Assembly: GCA_023251875.1 (NCBI GenBank)
Contig: JAHEXY010000015.1
Location: forward strand, 2,726 to 66,725
Direction of reading: 5' to 3'
Source: Bacteroidota bacterium
GTDB lineage: Bacteria > Bacteroidota > Bacteroidia > JAHEXY01
DNA: 64,000 bases
Shown: in pieces, positions 18,616 to 28,700 of the stretch
Position numbering within the stretch: the stretch's first letter is position 1
How the letters are laid out: every line of letters starts with the position of its first letter
Notes under the pieces: generated by a model
Told to the model about the DNA's origin: nothing
Database searches by the model: none
Seen by the model: only the letters and a program-made list of their open reading frames with translations
Program-made: the position numbers and the translations under genes

Positions 18616-20466
18616 TTATCGAATTAAGGAAACCAAGCCTCTATAGGTAAAAGCTTGTTGACTGGTATTGATAACGGTAATTAAATATTGATAAGCATCT
18701 TCAACAGCTTCATTGCCTTGAATGGTTTTTCCATCCCATGGTTTTGCTATATCTGTAGTAGTATATATATCACTGCCCCACCTATCGTATATTCTCATTT
18801 CGAAAGTTTTAATAAATTCTCCTCGAGCAATAAAATAATCATTGAGTCCATCGCCATCAGGCGTAAATGTATTAGGGATAAAAAAGTTAAAAGGGTCTTT
18901 TATTTCCACATGAACGTATTCAATGATGGTATCAATACAACCCATACTATTTAATACAACCAATGAAACAGCATAAGTACCCGAATCGCTATACGTATGA
19001 ATTGGATTTTTTTCTGTAGAAGTGATACTATTATCTCCAAAATCCCAAAATAGTACACTATCAGCTGATGTTGAATGAAAATTTACAACGGTATCCGTTT
19101 GGTAATCGTATAAAAAACTAGAAACAAAAACGAGTGAAGATATAGCTACCATATCACTATCAGATCTTCCACAACTATCGGTTACATATACCATATAATT
19201 GCCACCTTTGGCATAAATCATTGAATCATTTAATGCATAATTATTCCATCTAATTGAGTATTTATTATTAGTGGCTCCATTTATATCTGCACTAAGTAAA
19301 ATACTATCTCCAGAACATATATTGGTATCGGGCATTGCAACCACACTTAATATTGGAGCATCAATAATATTTAGGTCTACACTAAAAGCAACAGAGTCAG
19401 AACATAATTTATTGATGATATTGATAATTATTGATTCAGTTGGTTCTACATTACTATCAATAAAGGTTGAAATAGTAAGTGTTATAGTATCTTCACCTGA
19501 AGGAAAAACAATACTATCAGGAATTAAACTATAGTCTATTCCATTTTGGGCAGTACCATCAATAGTCAGTTGAACCACTTGAGCTGAATCTAATACACCT
19601 GATCGGGTAAATATTAATTGTGATTCAGAACAACCTTCATACATACTGCTATCATCAGCTGCTTCAGAAATAATATAAGCTGCTGAAACACCGCTTGCAA
19701 AACTACCCGCTTCTAAAAACACACCTGAATCAAGGGCATCATCACCCGCATCTGCAACAGCAATTTTGATGTGATAGGTTTCACACGGAATCACATCCAT
19801 TTTAGCTTCTAATACAGTAGTAAAACCATCAAATTGCACCGTTTTCCCCGTTGGGTTTTCATTGTCGAAATAATAAACAGAATTTTTATTGTTATTAACA
19901 TTGTTAATAGTAACAGGTGTTGTGGTATTAGGAATAAGAGCCATGTTTTGAGTTCCGGTAATACCCGGACCACTAATAAAAAAACCAAACACATCATTAT
20001 AGCTTGAATTAACATATTCCATGTATTCTTCAGATCCAAAAATATATTTAAATTTTACCTGAGTGGTGGAAGGAATAAAATCAAACTCTAACACAGAAGC
20101 ATCTTCAGTAGCACTAGTAGTTAAATTATCAAGATCATTATCTCCAGGGCCTCCCCACATGGTTGAAGTACTTCCGCTATTATTCGGGCCCGGAATACCA
20201 CTAATATTACCTGAGGTTACTACTATTCCACTATCAATACCAAGGTTTGAATTGGTACCATCAAAATGACCTATTGCAGCACTTTGCCCATTGTATGTAA
20301 TATTACTCACTTGAATACCTGAACCCAATAATACATCTGAAACCAATTGCTGAACGGTATAAGAGCTATCAACAACAATTTGAGCTTTTACTGATTGAAT
20401 AAAAATTCCCCAACACAAAAAAGCACAAATAAAAATGTATTTTTGAAAAAAATTAGAGGGAAACAT
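18616..20466 (-). CDS. secreted choice-of-anchor-L-like / PKD protein with T9SS type B (gliding-motility-associated, CHU_C-like) C-terminal domain
   Basis: N-terminal LLGSGIQVSNITYNG..GIDSGIVVTSG..FGSEEYMEYV..NDVFGFFISGPGI; PKD-like FWDFGD..NPIHTY; C-terminal FIPNTFTPDGDGLNDYF..IYDRWG. Confidence 0.8.
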   Translation of the reverse strand: MFPSNFFQKYIFICAFLCWGIFIQSVKAQIVVDSSYTVQQLVSDVLLGSGIQVSNITYNGQSAAIGHFDGTNSNLGIDSGIVVTSGNISGIPGPNNSGSTSTMWGGPGDNDLDNLTTSATEDASVLEFDFIPSTTQVKFKYIFGSEEYMEYVNSSYNDVFGFFISGPGITGTQNMALIPNTTTPVTINNVNNNKNSVYYFDNENPTGKTVQFDGFTTVLEAKMDVIPCETYHIKIAVADAGDDALDSGVFLEAGSFASGVSAAYIISEAADDSSMYEGCSESQLIFTRSGVLDSAQVVQLTIDGTAQNGIDYSLIPDSIVFPSGEDTITLTISTFIDSNVEPTESIIINIINKLCSDSVAFSVDLNIIDAPILSVVAMPDTNICSGDSILLSADINGATNNKYSIRWNNYALNDSMIYAKGGNYMVYVTDSCGRSDSDMVAISSLVFVSSFLYDYQTDTVVNFHSTSADSVLFWDFGDNSITSTEKNPIHTYSDSGTYAVSLVVLNSMGCIDTIIEYVHVEIKDPFNFFIPNTFTPDGDGLNDYFIARGEFIKTFEMRIYDRWGSDIYTTTDIAKPWDGKTIQGNEAVEDAYQYLITVINTSQQAFTYRGLVSLIR

Positions 20467-20564
20467 AAAAAAATATCATTAAAAAGGGAACACAAAGGTA
20501 AGGTAAAAATGTTGAATTATGAAGTGGTTTATACACTTTGATCACCACAGAAACAAAAATTCGT

Positions 20565-21341
20565 ATGGAAACCATGAATCAACTTTATCGTTTTTCGAAC
20601 AGAGTAGAAAACTATGTAAAATACCGTCCGGGGTATCCGCAGAGTTTGGTAGATTTTTTTGATGAAATTGGTATCTGTGGAAGTGAAAAAACAATTGCTG
20701 ATATAGGCTCTGGCACAGGCATTTCAGCAAAATTGTTTTTAGATAAAAAATGTATTGTTAATGGTATTGAGCCCAATAAAGAAATGCGTGAGGCAGGAGA
20801 ACATTTTTTATCTGAATATCCTCAATTCAAAAGTATAAATGCAACAGCAGAAACTACTACTCTAAAAGATCAATCTGTTGATGCTATTGTTGTAGCTCAG
20901 GCTTTTCATTGGTTTGATAAAGAAAAATGCAAAATAGAATTTAAACGCATTTTAAAAAAGAATGGTTATGTATTACTTATTTGGAATGACAGAGTAACTG
21001 ACCGTACAAATTTTTTAAAAGCTTATGAACAATTGCTTTTAGATTATGCAATTGATTACAAAGAAGTAAATCATAAAAATATTGATATAAATAAAATTGA
21101 GGATTTTTTCTCCACATTTAAAAGTGTTTACAAAACCGAAAAATTAGTTTTTGAAAATTACCAGATATTTGACTATGAAGGGTTGGAGGGTAGATTACTG
21201 TCTTCTTCTTATGTTCCTTCAAAAGGTCATGAGAATTATGAGCATATGTTAATTGAACTTCACAAAATATTCAATAAATACAATGAAAACGGGAAAGTAA
21301 AATTTGAATACGAAACGCTTGTTTATGCTCTAAAAATTTAA
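20565..21341 (+). CDS. class I SAM-dependent methyltransferase
   Basis: IADIGSGTGISAKLF motif I; I prefer the ATG at 20565 over the TTG at 20538. Confidence 0.8.
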   Translation: METMNQLYRFSNRVENYVKYRPGYPQSLVDFFDEIGICGSEKTIADIGSGTGISAKLFLDKKCIVNGIEPNKEMREAGEHFLSEYPQFKSINATAETTTLKDQSVDAIVVAQAFHWFDKEKCKIEFKRILKKNGYVLLIWNDRVTDRTNFLKAYEQLLLDYAIDYKEVNHKNIDINKIEDFFSTFKSVYKTEKLVFENYQIFDYEGLEGRLLSSSYVPSKGHENYEHMLIELHKIFNKYNENGKVKFEYETLVYALKI

Positions 21342-21349
21342 TGAACTAT

Positions 21350-21424
21350 AGACCTGTCAGGTTTGATAGATGCATTGAAGTTTTATATTATATGCTTATG
21401 ATTCTATTAAAACCTGACAGGTCT
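21350..21424. terminator. long-loop hairpin between methyltransferase and TatD genes
   Basis: agacctgtcaggtt (21350-21363) pairs perfectly with aacctgacaggtct (21411-21424); followed by tatttt. Confidence 0.45.
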
Positions 21425-21441
21425 TATTTTAAAATAAAAAA

Positions 21442-22209
21442 ATGATTTTAACAGACACCCATACACATTTGTATTCAGAACAATTTGATGCCGATAGAAA
21501 TCAAGTTGTTGAAAATGCCATTAAACAAGGTGTTTCAAAATTATTTTTGCCCAATGTAGATAGTGCTAGTATTGAAGGTATGATGCAATTATCAAAAGAT
21601 TTTCCAGAAAATTGTTTTCCCATGATGGGCTTGCATCCTTGTTCGGTAAAAGAAAATTACAAAGAAGAATTAAAAATAGTAGAGCAATGGTTGGCTAAAG
21701 AAAAATTTTATGCTGTTGGAGAAATTGGTATTGATTTGTATTGGGATAAAACTTTTGTGAATGAACAAGTAGCTGCTTTCTTATATCAAATTAATATTGC
21801 AAAAATAAATAACCTTCCTATCGTTATTCATTCACGAGATTCGATGCAATTGATTCTTGATTTGATGCAGCCATTAAAAAATGAATTAGCCCATGGAATT
21901 TTTCATTGTTTTGGTGGTACAATTGAGCAAGCAGAACAAGCAATTGCATTAGGCTATAAATTGGGCATTGGGGGAACTGTAACCTATAAAAATTCAACTC
22001 TGCCCCAGGTGCTTTCAAAAATTGATCTTAAACATATTGTTTTAGAAACGGATGCTCCTTATTTGCCTCCAGTCCCTCATAGAGGAAAGAGAAATGAAAG
22101 TGCGCATGTTTTTTTAGTGGCTCAAAAATTGGCTGATGTATATCAACTTTCACTTGAGGAAATTGCAAGCATTACTACAAAAAATGCGGTGGATACTTTT
22201 GGAGTTTAA
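21442..22209 (+). CDS. TatD-family metal-dependent hydrolase
   Basis: LTDTHTHL start, GEIGIDLYW, VIHSRD, ETDAPYL motifs. Confidence 0.9.
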   Translation: MILTDTHTHLYSEQFDADRNQVVENAIKQGVSKLFLPNVDSASIEGMMQLSKDFPENCFPMMGLHPCSVKENYKEELKIVEQWLAKEKFYAVGEIGIDLYWDKTFVNEQVAAFLYQINIAKINNLPIVIHSRDSMQLILDLMQPLKNELAHGIFHCFGGTIEQAEQAIALGYKLGIGGTVTYKNSTLPQVLSKIDLKHIVLETDAPYLPPVPHRGKRNESAHVFLVAQKLADVYQLSLEEIASITTKNAVDTFGV

Positions 22210-22210
22210 T

Positions 22211-22298
22211 TGGCTTTCTAAAAATCATCATTTATTTTCCTTCTCTCTTGGGAGAAGGCCAGGATGAGGGCATGAAAAATACAATTTTTAGAAAGCCA
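22211..22298. repeat. composite element: 14-bp perfect AT-rich inverted repeat enclosing a GC-rich hairpin; probable bidirectional terminator
   Basis: tggctttctaaaaa (22211-22224) / tttttagaaagcca (22285-22298). Inner ccttctc-tcttgg-gagaagg (22239-22258) followed by ccaggatgaggg. Lies between convergent genes. Confidence 0.7.
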
Positions 22299-22303
22299 TT
22301 ATA

Positions 22304-23497
22304 CTAAGCCCTTCTTTTTTTCTCTTTTATAATTAGATTCAATTCTCTACCTGTTTGCCCCGCTATTGAAGTATTTTCTTCAGCTCTGCGAATTAAATAG
22401 GGCAACACTTCTTTTACGGGGCCATAAGGCACATATTTTACTACATTATATCCTGCTTTGGCTAAGTTATAAGATATATGATCACTCATGCCGTATAGCT
22501 GAGAAAACCATACATGCGGATTGGTTTTACTTATTTGATGAAGTTTAAGAAGTTCCGTTAAATAAAGGCTACTCCGTTCATTATGAGTGCCGGCAAAAAG
22601 AGCAATCTTATTTATATTTTCAACACAATATTTTAATGCTAAATCAAAATCTTTATCCGTAGCTGTTTTGTTTTCTTGTATGGGCGATTGATACCCTTTT
22701 TGTTTTGCTCTTAACCGTTCTTTTTCCATATAAGCACCTCTCACTAACTTTAGAGCCAATATATAGCCTTCTTTTTCTGCTTTGCTATGCGCTTGCTTTA
22801 AAAAAGCCAATCTATCCCAACGATACATTTGTAAAGTATTGTAAACACATGGCCATTGTTTATTATAGAGCTGCATCATTTCAGTAGCCATATCATCAAT
22901 GGCATCTTGTATCCAAGTTTCTTCTGCATCAATCATAACAGGCACTTTAGTATCAAATGCTGCTTGACAAATGCTTTTTACTCTTGTTTTTGCCTTATTA
23001 AATTCTTGTTGTTCTATTTCAGTTAAACTAGATTTGGCACTTGCTTTCTTTAATAAATCAAAACGAGCAAGGCCAGTTACTTTAAAAACAGCAAATGAAA
23101 TAGTGGTTTTGTTTTGAGATGCTTTAAATATTGTAGCAATAATTTCTTTTGCAGTTGCATCAAAAACAAATTCAGATTCCTTGCCTTCAACAGAATAATC
23201 TAAAATACTTTTAATACCATATTTATCCAACATTTTTACTGTATGATCACATTCGCTTAATGATTCTCCTCCACAAAATTGTTTATAAATAGTTGGTTTA
23301 ATCATCCAACTTATTGGAAAATGAAATGTAGAAGCCAATCCGGTTGAGAATTTACCAAATTTCACCAACGATGGACTTGCCATCATTTTAAAAAGCCAAT
23401 AGGCTTTTTCTAAATCATTATTTGATTTGGCAGAAAATGCTATTTCAGTATTTTCAAAAGATATTTCGGGATAAGTTTCTATAGCTTCTAGAATCAT
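22304..23497 (-). CDS. proline dehydrogenase family protein
   Basis: FAGTHNERS, LYGMSDHISYNLA, YVPYGPVKEVLPYLIRRAEEN motifs; start preferred at MILEAIE (23497). Confidence 0.85.
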   Translation of the reverse strand: MILEAIETYPEISFENTEIAFSAKSNNDLEKAYWLFKMMASPSLVKFGKFSTGLASTFHFPISWMIKPTIYKQFCGGESLSECDHTVKMLDKYGIKSILDYSVEGKESEFVFDATAKEIIATIFKASQNKTTISFAVFKVTGLARFDLLKKASAKSSLTEIEQQEFNKAKTRVKSICQAAFDTKVPVMIDAEETWIQDAIDDMATEMMQLYNKQWPCVYNTLQMYRWDRLAFLKQAHSKAEKEGYILALKLVRGAYMEKERLRAKQKGYQSPIQENKTATDKDFDLALKYCVENINKIALFAGTHNERSSLYLTELLKLHQISKTNPHVWFSQLYGMSDHISYNLAKAGYNVVKYVPYGPVKEVLPYLIRRAEENTSIAGQTGRELNLIIKEKKRRA

Positions 23498-23632
23498 AAT
23501 GAGCACAAAATTAAGGAATTTATAGTACAAAAACACATGATTTTGCGCATACTTCTTACTAAAATTGTAAACGGTATTATTTTATTTAATTATATTGTTG
23601 TTCTTTAATGAAATAGTTATAATACAAATTTT

Positions 23633-25372
23633 ATGAAAAAGACAGGCGCATTTTTAGCAGTTTATGCATTAGAACAAATTGGTGTAAAATATACATTTGG
23701 TATTCCCGGAGTGCATAATACAGAATTGTATGATGAATTAAATAATTCAGAAAAAATAAAACCCATATTGGTTACGCATGAAGGTTGCGGTGCATTTATG
23801 GCCGATGGTGTTTCAAGAACATCTACTTCAACTATTGGTGCAATGGTTATTGTGCCCGCTGCAGGATTAACACATGCCATGAGTGGCATTGCAGAAGCAA
23901 AATTAGATGGTATTCCTATGATTGTTATTTCAGGTGGAACAAGAAGAGATACAGGGAGAGCTTTCCAGTTGCATCAAATTGATCAGGGAAGAATGATGGA
24001 TGGGATGATAAAAAAATATTATTGTGTAAGTAAGTATGAAGAAATTATTCCCATGATTTATGAAGCCTATGAAACAGCTATTTCTGGTGAACCAGGACCT
24101 GTATTTGTTGAAATACCTGCCGAATTTCAATTGTTTGCCGGAGAAGTAAATGAATTAATGCCTTATAAAGCCCAAAAGAAAAAATTTAGTTTTGATGAGA
24201 ATAAAATAAAACAAATTGTTGATTTGCTAACGCAGGCTAAAAATCCGGGCATTTTTGCGGGATGGGGTGCTGTTCATGCAACAGACGAATTAATTCAACT
24301 GGCAGAAAAAATTGTTGCCCCTGTTTCTACTACTGTACAAGGCTTAAGTTCATTTCCTGCAAATAATATTTTACATACAGGTGTTGGTTTTGGGCCTGCA
24401 TCAGTGCCTGCTTCACAAAATGCATTTGCTAATTGCGATTGTTTACTAGGTATTGGAACACGTTTTGGAGAATTAGCTACTGGAAGTTTTGGTGTAAAAA
24501 CTCCTGAAAATCTTATTCACATTGATATCAATCCTGATGTGTTTGATAAAAATTATAAAACTAAAGTTTCTCTAGAAGGAGACTCAAAACAAGCTTTACA
24601 AGCTATTTTAAAAGAATTAGAAAATAGAAAATGGAATTCTTCAAGAAATAGTAATGCTATTGGTAGCGCAATTCAAAAAGATAAAAAGGATTATTTTTCA
24701 ACTTGGACAAAAGAAAAAAAGAAGGATGTAGTTTCTCCGGGATATTTTTTTAAATCATTGCGCACTCAAGTAGACCAAGATGCTTTATTGGTAGTTGATG
24801 ATGGTCAGCATACATTTCTTGCTGCAGAATTATTTCCGGTTAGTCAATCAAGAGGATTTATTTCTCCTACTGATTTTAATTGCATGGGATATTGTGCTCC
24901 TGCAGCTATTGGTGCTAAATTGGCCAATCCTGATAAAATGGTGGCAGCAATAATTGGTGATGGAGCTTTTTTAATGACGGGCATGGAAGTGTTAACTGCT
25001 GTTACACAAAAGTTGGGCATCATGTTTTTTATTTTTCACGATGGAGAATTAGGTCAGATTTCACAATTTCAAGAAACACCATTAAATCGTAAAACATGTA
25101 CCGTATTGGGTGATTATAAAGTAGAAGGTTTTGCATTAGCAACCGGAGCAGAATTTTTAGCCATGCAACACGATGATGAAATTGATAGTGTTATTAAAAA
25201 AGCCATAGGATTTTCTAAAGCAAATAAACCGGTTATCATAGATGTAAATATCGACTACTCGCAAAAAACTTTTATGACAAAAGGAGTTTTAAAAGTAAAC
25301 CTGCAGCGTTTTCCTCTAAAAGAAAAAATACGTTTTATTTCAAGGGCCATTAAAAGACATGTATTGGGATAG
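23633..25372 (+). CDS. thiamine-diphosphate-dependent enzyme (acetolactate-synthase-like fold; specific function unknown)
   Basis: N-terminal GIPGVHNTELYD, central domain, C-terminal IGDGAFLMTGMEV ThDP motif. No ilv neighbours. Confidence 0.8.
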   Translation: MKKTGAFLAVYALEQIGVKYTFGIPGVHNTELYDELNNSEKIKPILVTHEGCGAFMADGVSRTSTSTIGAMVIVPAAGLTHAMSGIAEAKLDGIPMIVISGGTRRDTGRAFQLHQIDQGRMMDGMIKKYYCVSKYEEIIPMIYEAYETAISGEPGPVFVEIPAEFQLFAGEVNELMPYKAQKKKFSFDENKIKQIVDLLTQAKNPGIFAGWGAVHATDELIQLAEKIVAPVSTTVQGLSSFPANNILHTGVGFGPASVPASQNAFANCDCLLGIGTRFGELATGSFGVKTPENLIHIDINPDVFDKNYKTKVSLEGDSKQALQAILKELENRKWNSSRNSNAIGSAIQKDKKDYFSTWTKEKKKDVVSPGYFFKSLRTQVDQDALLVVDDGQHTFLAAELFPVSQSRGFISPTDFNCMGYCAPAAIGAKLANPDKMVAAIIGDGAFLMTGMEVLTAVTQKLGIMFFIFHDGELGQISQFQETPLNRKTCTVLGDYKVEGFALATGAEFLAMQHDDEIDSVIKKAIGFSKANKPVIIDVNIDYSQKTFMTKGVLKVNLQRFPLKEKIRFISRAIKRHVLG

Positions 25373-25665
25373 GAAAAAAACGTTATCTAAATCTCCTTTC
25401 ATTTATAAAAATATAGTTTTGTTGTTTTTTCGATTGTGTATTGCCTCTTCATTTTGTAATTAACTGATGGTTAGCTTTCTGGCTTCTGTTGGTAAATAAT
25501 CTAAGTAAAAAAATCTACGTAATAGCAAACCATTTTTGTTTGTATCAGATTGCTTTCCGCAATAGCTTTATTAAAAAATTGTTGGGTTAGAATGGTTGAG
25601 ACATACTATTTTTATTGGAAGTTTTAATGTAATATGGTTTCGTAATTATTTGAATTAAATGGTTT

Positions 25666-25673
25666 TATATTTG
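25666..25673 (+). promoter_or_regulatory. candidate Bacteroidota -7 box (TAtaTTTG) upstream of the giant gene
   Basis: Exact TAnnTTTG match 118 nt upstream of the ATG; no other support. Confidence 0.3.
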
Positions 25674-25790
25674 AATTGTGCAATTAAAGCGTAAAAACTA
25701 AAACAGACAAACCGTAAATAAAATATTGGCTAAACACTCTCATTTAAAATAACTTTAAAGCTAATATATATACTCCTCAAATTATTTTTT

Positions 25791-28700
25791 ATGAAAAACA
25801 GTCTTTTTTCAAAAACACAAAGTGTAATTATTTTCTTTTTTATTATTAACTCTTTTCTTTTTTCTTCGGTATTGGGTGCGGCTTTGAGTGGTACTTATAC
25901 TATTGGAGGAACTTCTCCCAATTATTCAACAATTGCATCAGCTGTAAGCGCTCTTACTAGTAATGGTGTTTCTGGGGCGGTTACGTTTAATATTAGAACA
26001 GGAACATATACTGAACATATTAGCATTACGGCTATTTCAGGAGCTTCCTCCACTAATACAGTAACATTTCAATCTGAAACGGGTGTAAATACAAATGTTG
26101 TGCTTACTTATGCTAGTAGTGCAAGTAGCAGTACTGATTATGTTTTGCAGCTTGATGGAGCAAGCTATTTGAGGTTTAAAAATATGAGTATTCAATCAAC
26201 AGGAGGATCAGTTATCTATATTAAAAATAGTGCCTGTTATAATGTATTTGATGGAGATATTATTACAGGAGTAACAAGTGGTACTTATAAATATATAGTA
26301 TATACATCTTCTGCAACAAATAGCCAAAACAATCAGTTTACCAATAATACTTTTCAAAATGGAAGTTATGGTTTTTACTATAATGGAAAAAGTTCTTCGT
26401 ATGCATCGGGCTTAGTTGTCTCCAATAATACTTTTAGCGGACAAAGTTCTTCTCCTATTGATTTTATTTATGTAAACTCTCCTACTATTTCTCAAAATAT
26501 TATAGGTGGCACTAATAGTAATAACAATAATAATGGCGCAATTGAAATACATACGAGTTCTGGAACACTTCAAATAGATAAAAATAAAATAACAGGAATG
26601 TTTAGATATGGAATTCTTCTCAATAACAACACAGGCACTTCTTCTAGTTATGGATTAGTTGCAAATAATTTTATTCAAATAGGAGGCTCAACAACATATT
26701 CATATTATTGTTATGGCATTTATGTGGATGGGCAAACTTATACCAAATTTTATCACAACAGTGTAAATATTACAACTGGATCAGGAAGTACATTAGATGT
26801 TAGTAAAGCAGCCTTGTATTTTGATAATAGTTATACAACGAGCTATCTTAATTTTTATAACAATATTTTTGTAAACAGTGCTGGTGGATATGTTGTGTAT
26901 GCAGAGGCCTTGCCAACCAGTTCAGTTTGCAATTACAATGATTTATACACAAGTGGAGCTACTTTGGCTTATTCAGTAAGTGCAGCCAAAAATACAATTG
27001 CCGATTGGAGAACGGCTTCTGCATTTGATGCCAATTCTTTTAATGTTGATCCTTCTTATACTAATTCTACCGACTTACATGCAGCTTCTTCAACTCTATG
27101 TGATGCGGGCACGCCTGTATCAGAAGTTACAACTGATATTGATGGAGCAAGCAGAAGCACAACAACGCCTGATATTGGTGCTGATGAATACCAAGTATTA
27201 ACGGATGATGCAGCTCTTTTATCTTTTACCAGCCCTACTATTCCTTTTGCAGCAGGATCACAAACTGTAAAAGTTACTTTATTTAACAATGGCGTTAATG
27301 CCATTACAAGTGCTACTATCGCATGGACAGTAAACGGAGTTTCTCAAACCAATTATTCATGGTCGGGTTCTTTAGCTTCCGGAGCAAGCACAACAGCAAC
27401 ATTAGGAAATTATACTTTTAATTTAGGAACGGCCTATACCATTGTAACAACAGTAAGTTCACCAAACGGACATACAGATACAAAAAGTACTAATAACGCA
27501 ATTACATCAAGTTCGCTTTATGCAGGTTATAGCGGAACTTATGAAGTAGGTACTTCATCAGGTTATACTTTTACAACACTAGCAAATGCTATTACTGCAT
27601 TACAAAATGGAGGTATGGTTGGTGCTGTAACATTGAGTCTTCAATCACAAACTTTTAATGAGCAAGTAAGCATTGCACAAATTTCCGGTTCTTCATCAAC
27701 TAACACCTTAACAATACAATCTAAATCAGGAAATAATACCGATGTAACTCTTAGTTATACAGGAACTATAACTAGTAGCAATAATTATATAGTGCAATTA
27801 AATGGTGTAGATTATACAACCATAAAAAATATTAAAATTCAAAATACAAATACATCATATTCAAAAGTGATAGAATTTACCAATAACGCTAATTACAACA
27901 CCATTAACAACTGTTTAATTTATGGCGGCACAACAGGTACTTCAGATAATCTTATACTTGTTTATTCAGGGTCTTCTTATTTGAATGAAAATAATTCAAT
28001 TACCAATAATACAATTCAAACCGGTTCAGTAGGTATTTATTTTGCCGGTACAAGTTCTACTTATTCATCAGGCATTACCATTACCAATAATAACATATCA
28101 AATGTTAAGTCTAAAGCAATAAATGTAGCTTATCAAAATGCATGTAACATTTCTCAGAATATTATTAGTGGTTATTCCTATACTTCGTTTTATGGTATTT
28201 ATATTGCCAATAGTAGTAATGGTTTAAGAATAGAAAAAAATAAAATTACCGGAGGATATGGTTATGGAATTTATTTAAGCAGTGTAAATGGTAGCTCTAG
28301 TGATTATGCATTGGTTGATAATAATTTTATTCAGATTGGAGGAACATCAACTTGCAAGGGAATTTATTTAAGCAGCAACACCTATCTTAAACTATATTAT
28401 AACAGTATTAATATTACCGGAACATCAACTTCTACATCAGGTTATGCAACGCCATTGTATTTAAACAGTAGTTTCGCTAACATTCAAATTAAAAACAACA
28501 TTTTTGCCAATACAGGTGGAGGCTATGCCATTTATTCTGCAACAACAACCAATACTTCTTCAATTTGTGATTACAATGATTTATATACCAGCGGAAGCAA
28601 TTTAGCTTATTGGTCGAGTGCAAATAGAACAGATTTAGCCGCATGGAGAACGGCATCATCATTAGATGCAAATTCGGTTTCTGCAAATCCAACATTTACG

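Noticed and set aside
23633-25372. Calling this acetolactate synthase (ilvB)
   Set aside because: Only the generic ThDP-enzyme fold is evident. There is no ilvN/ilvC neighbourhood, and the ThDP motif tail (HDGELG instead of NN) is atypical, so I kept the generic call.
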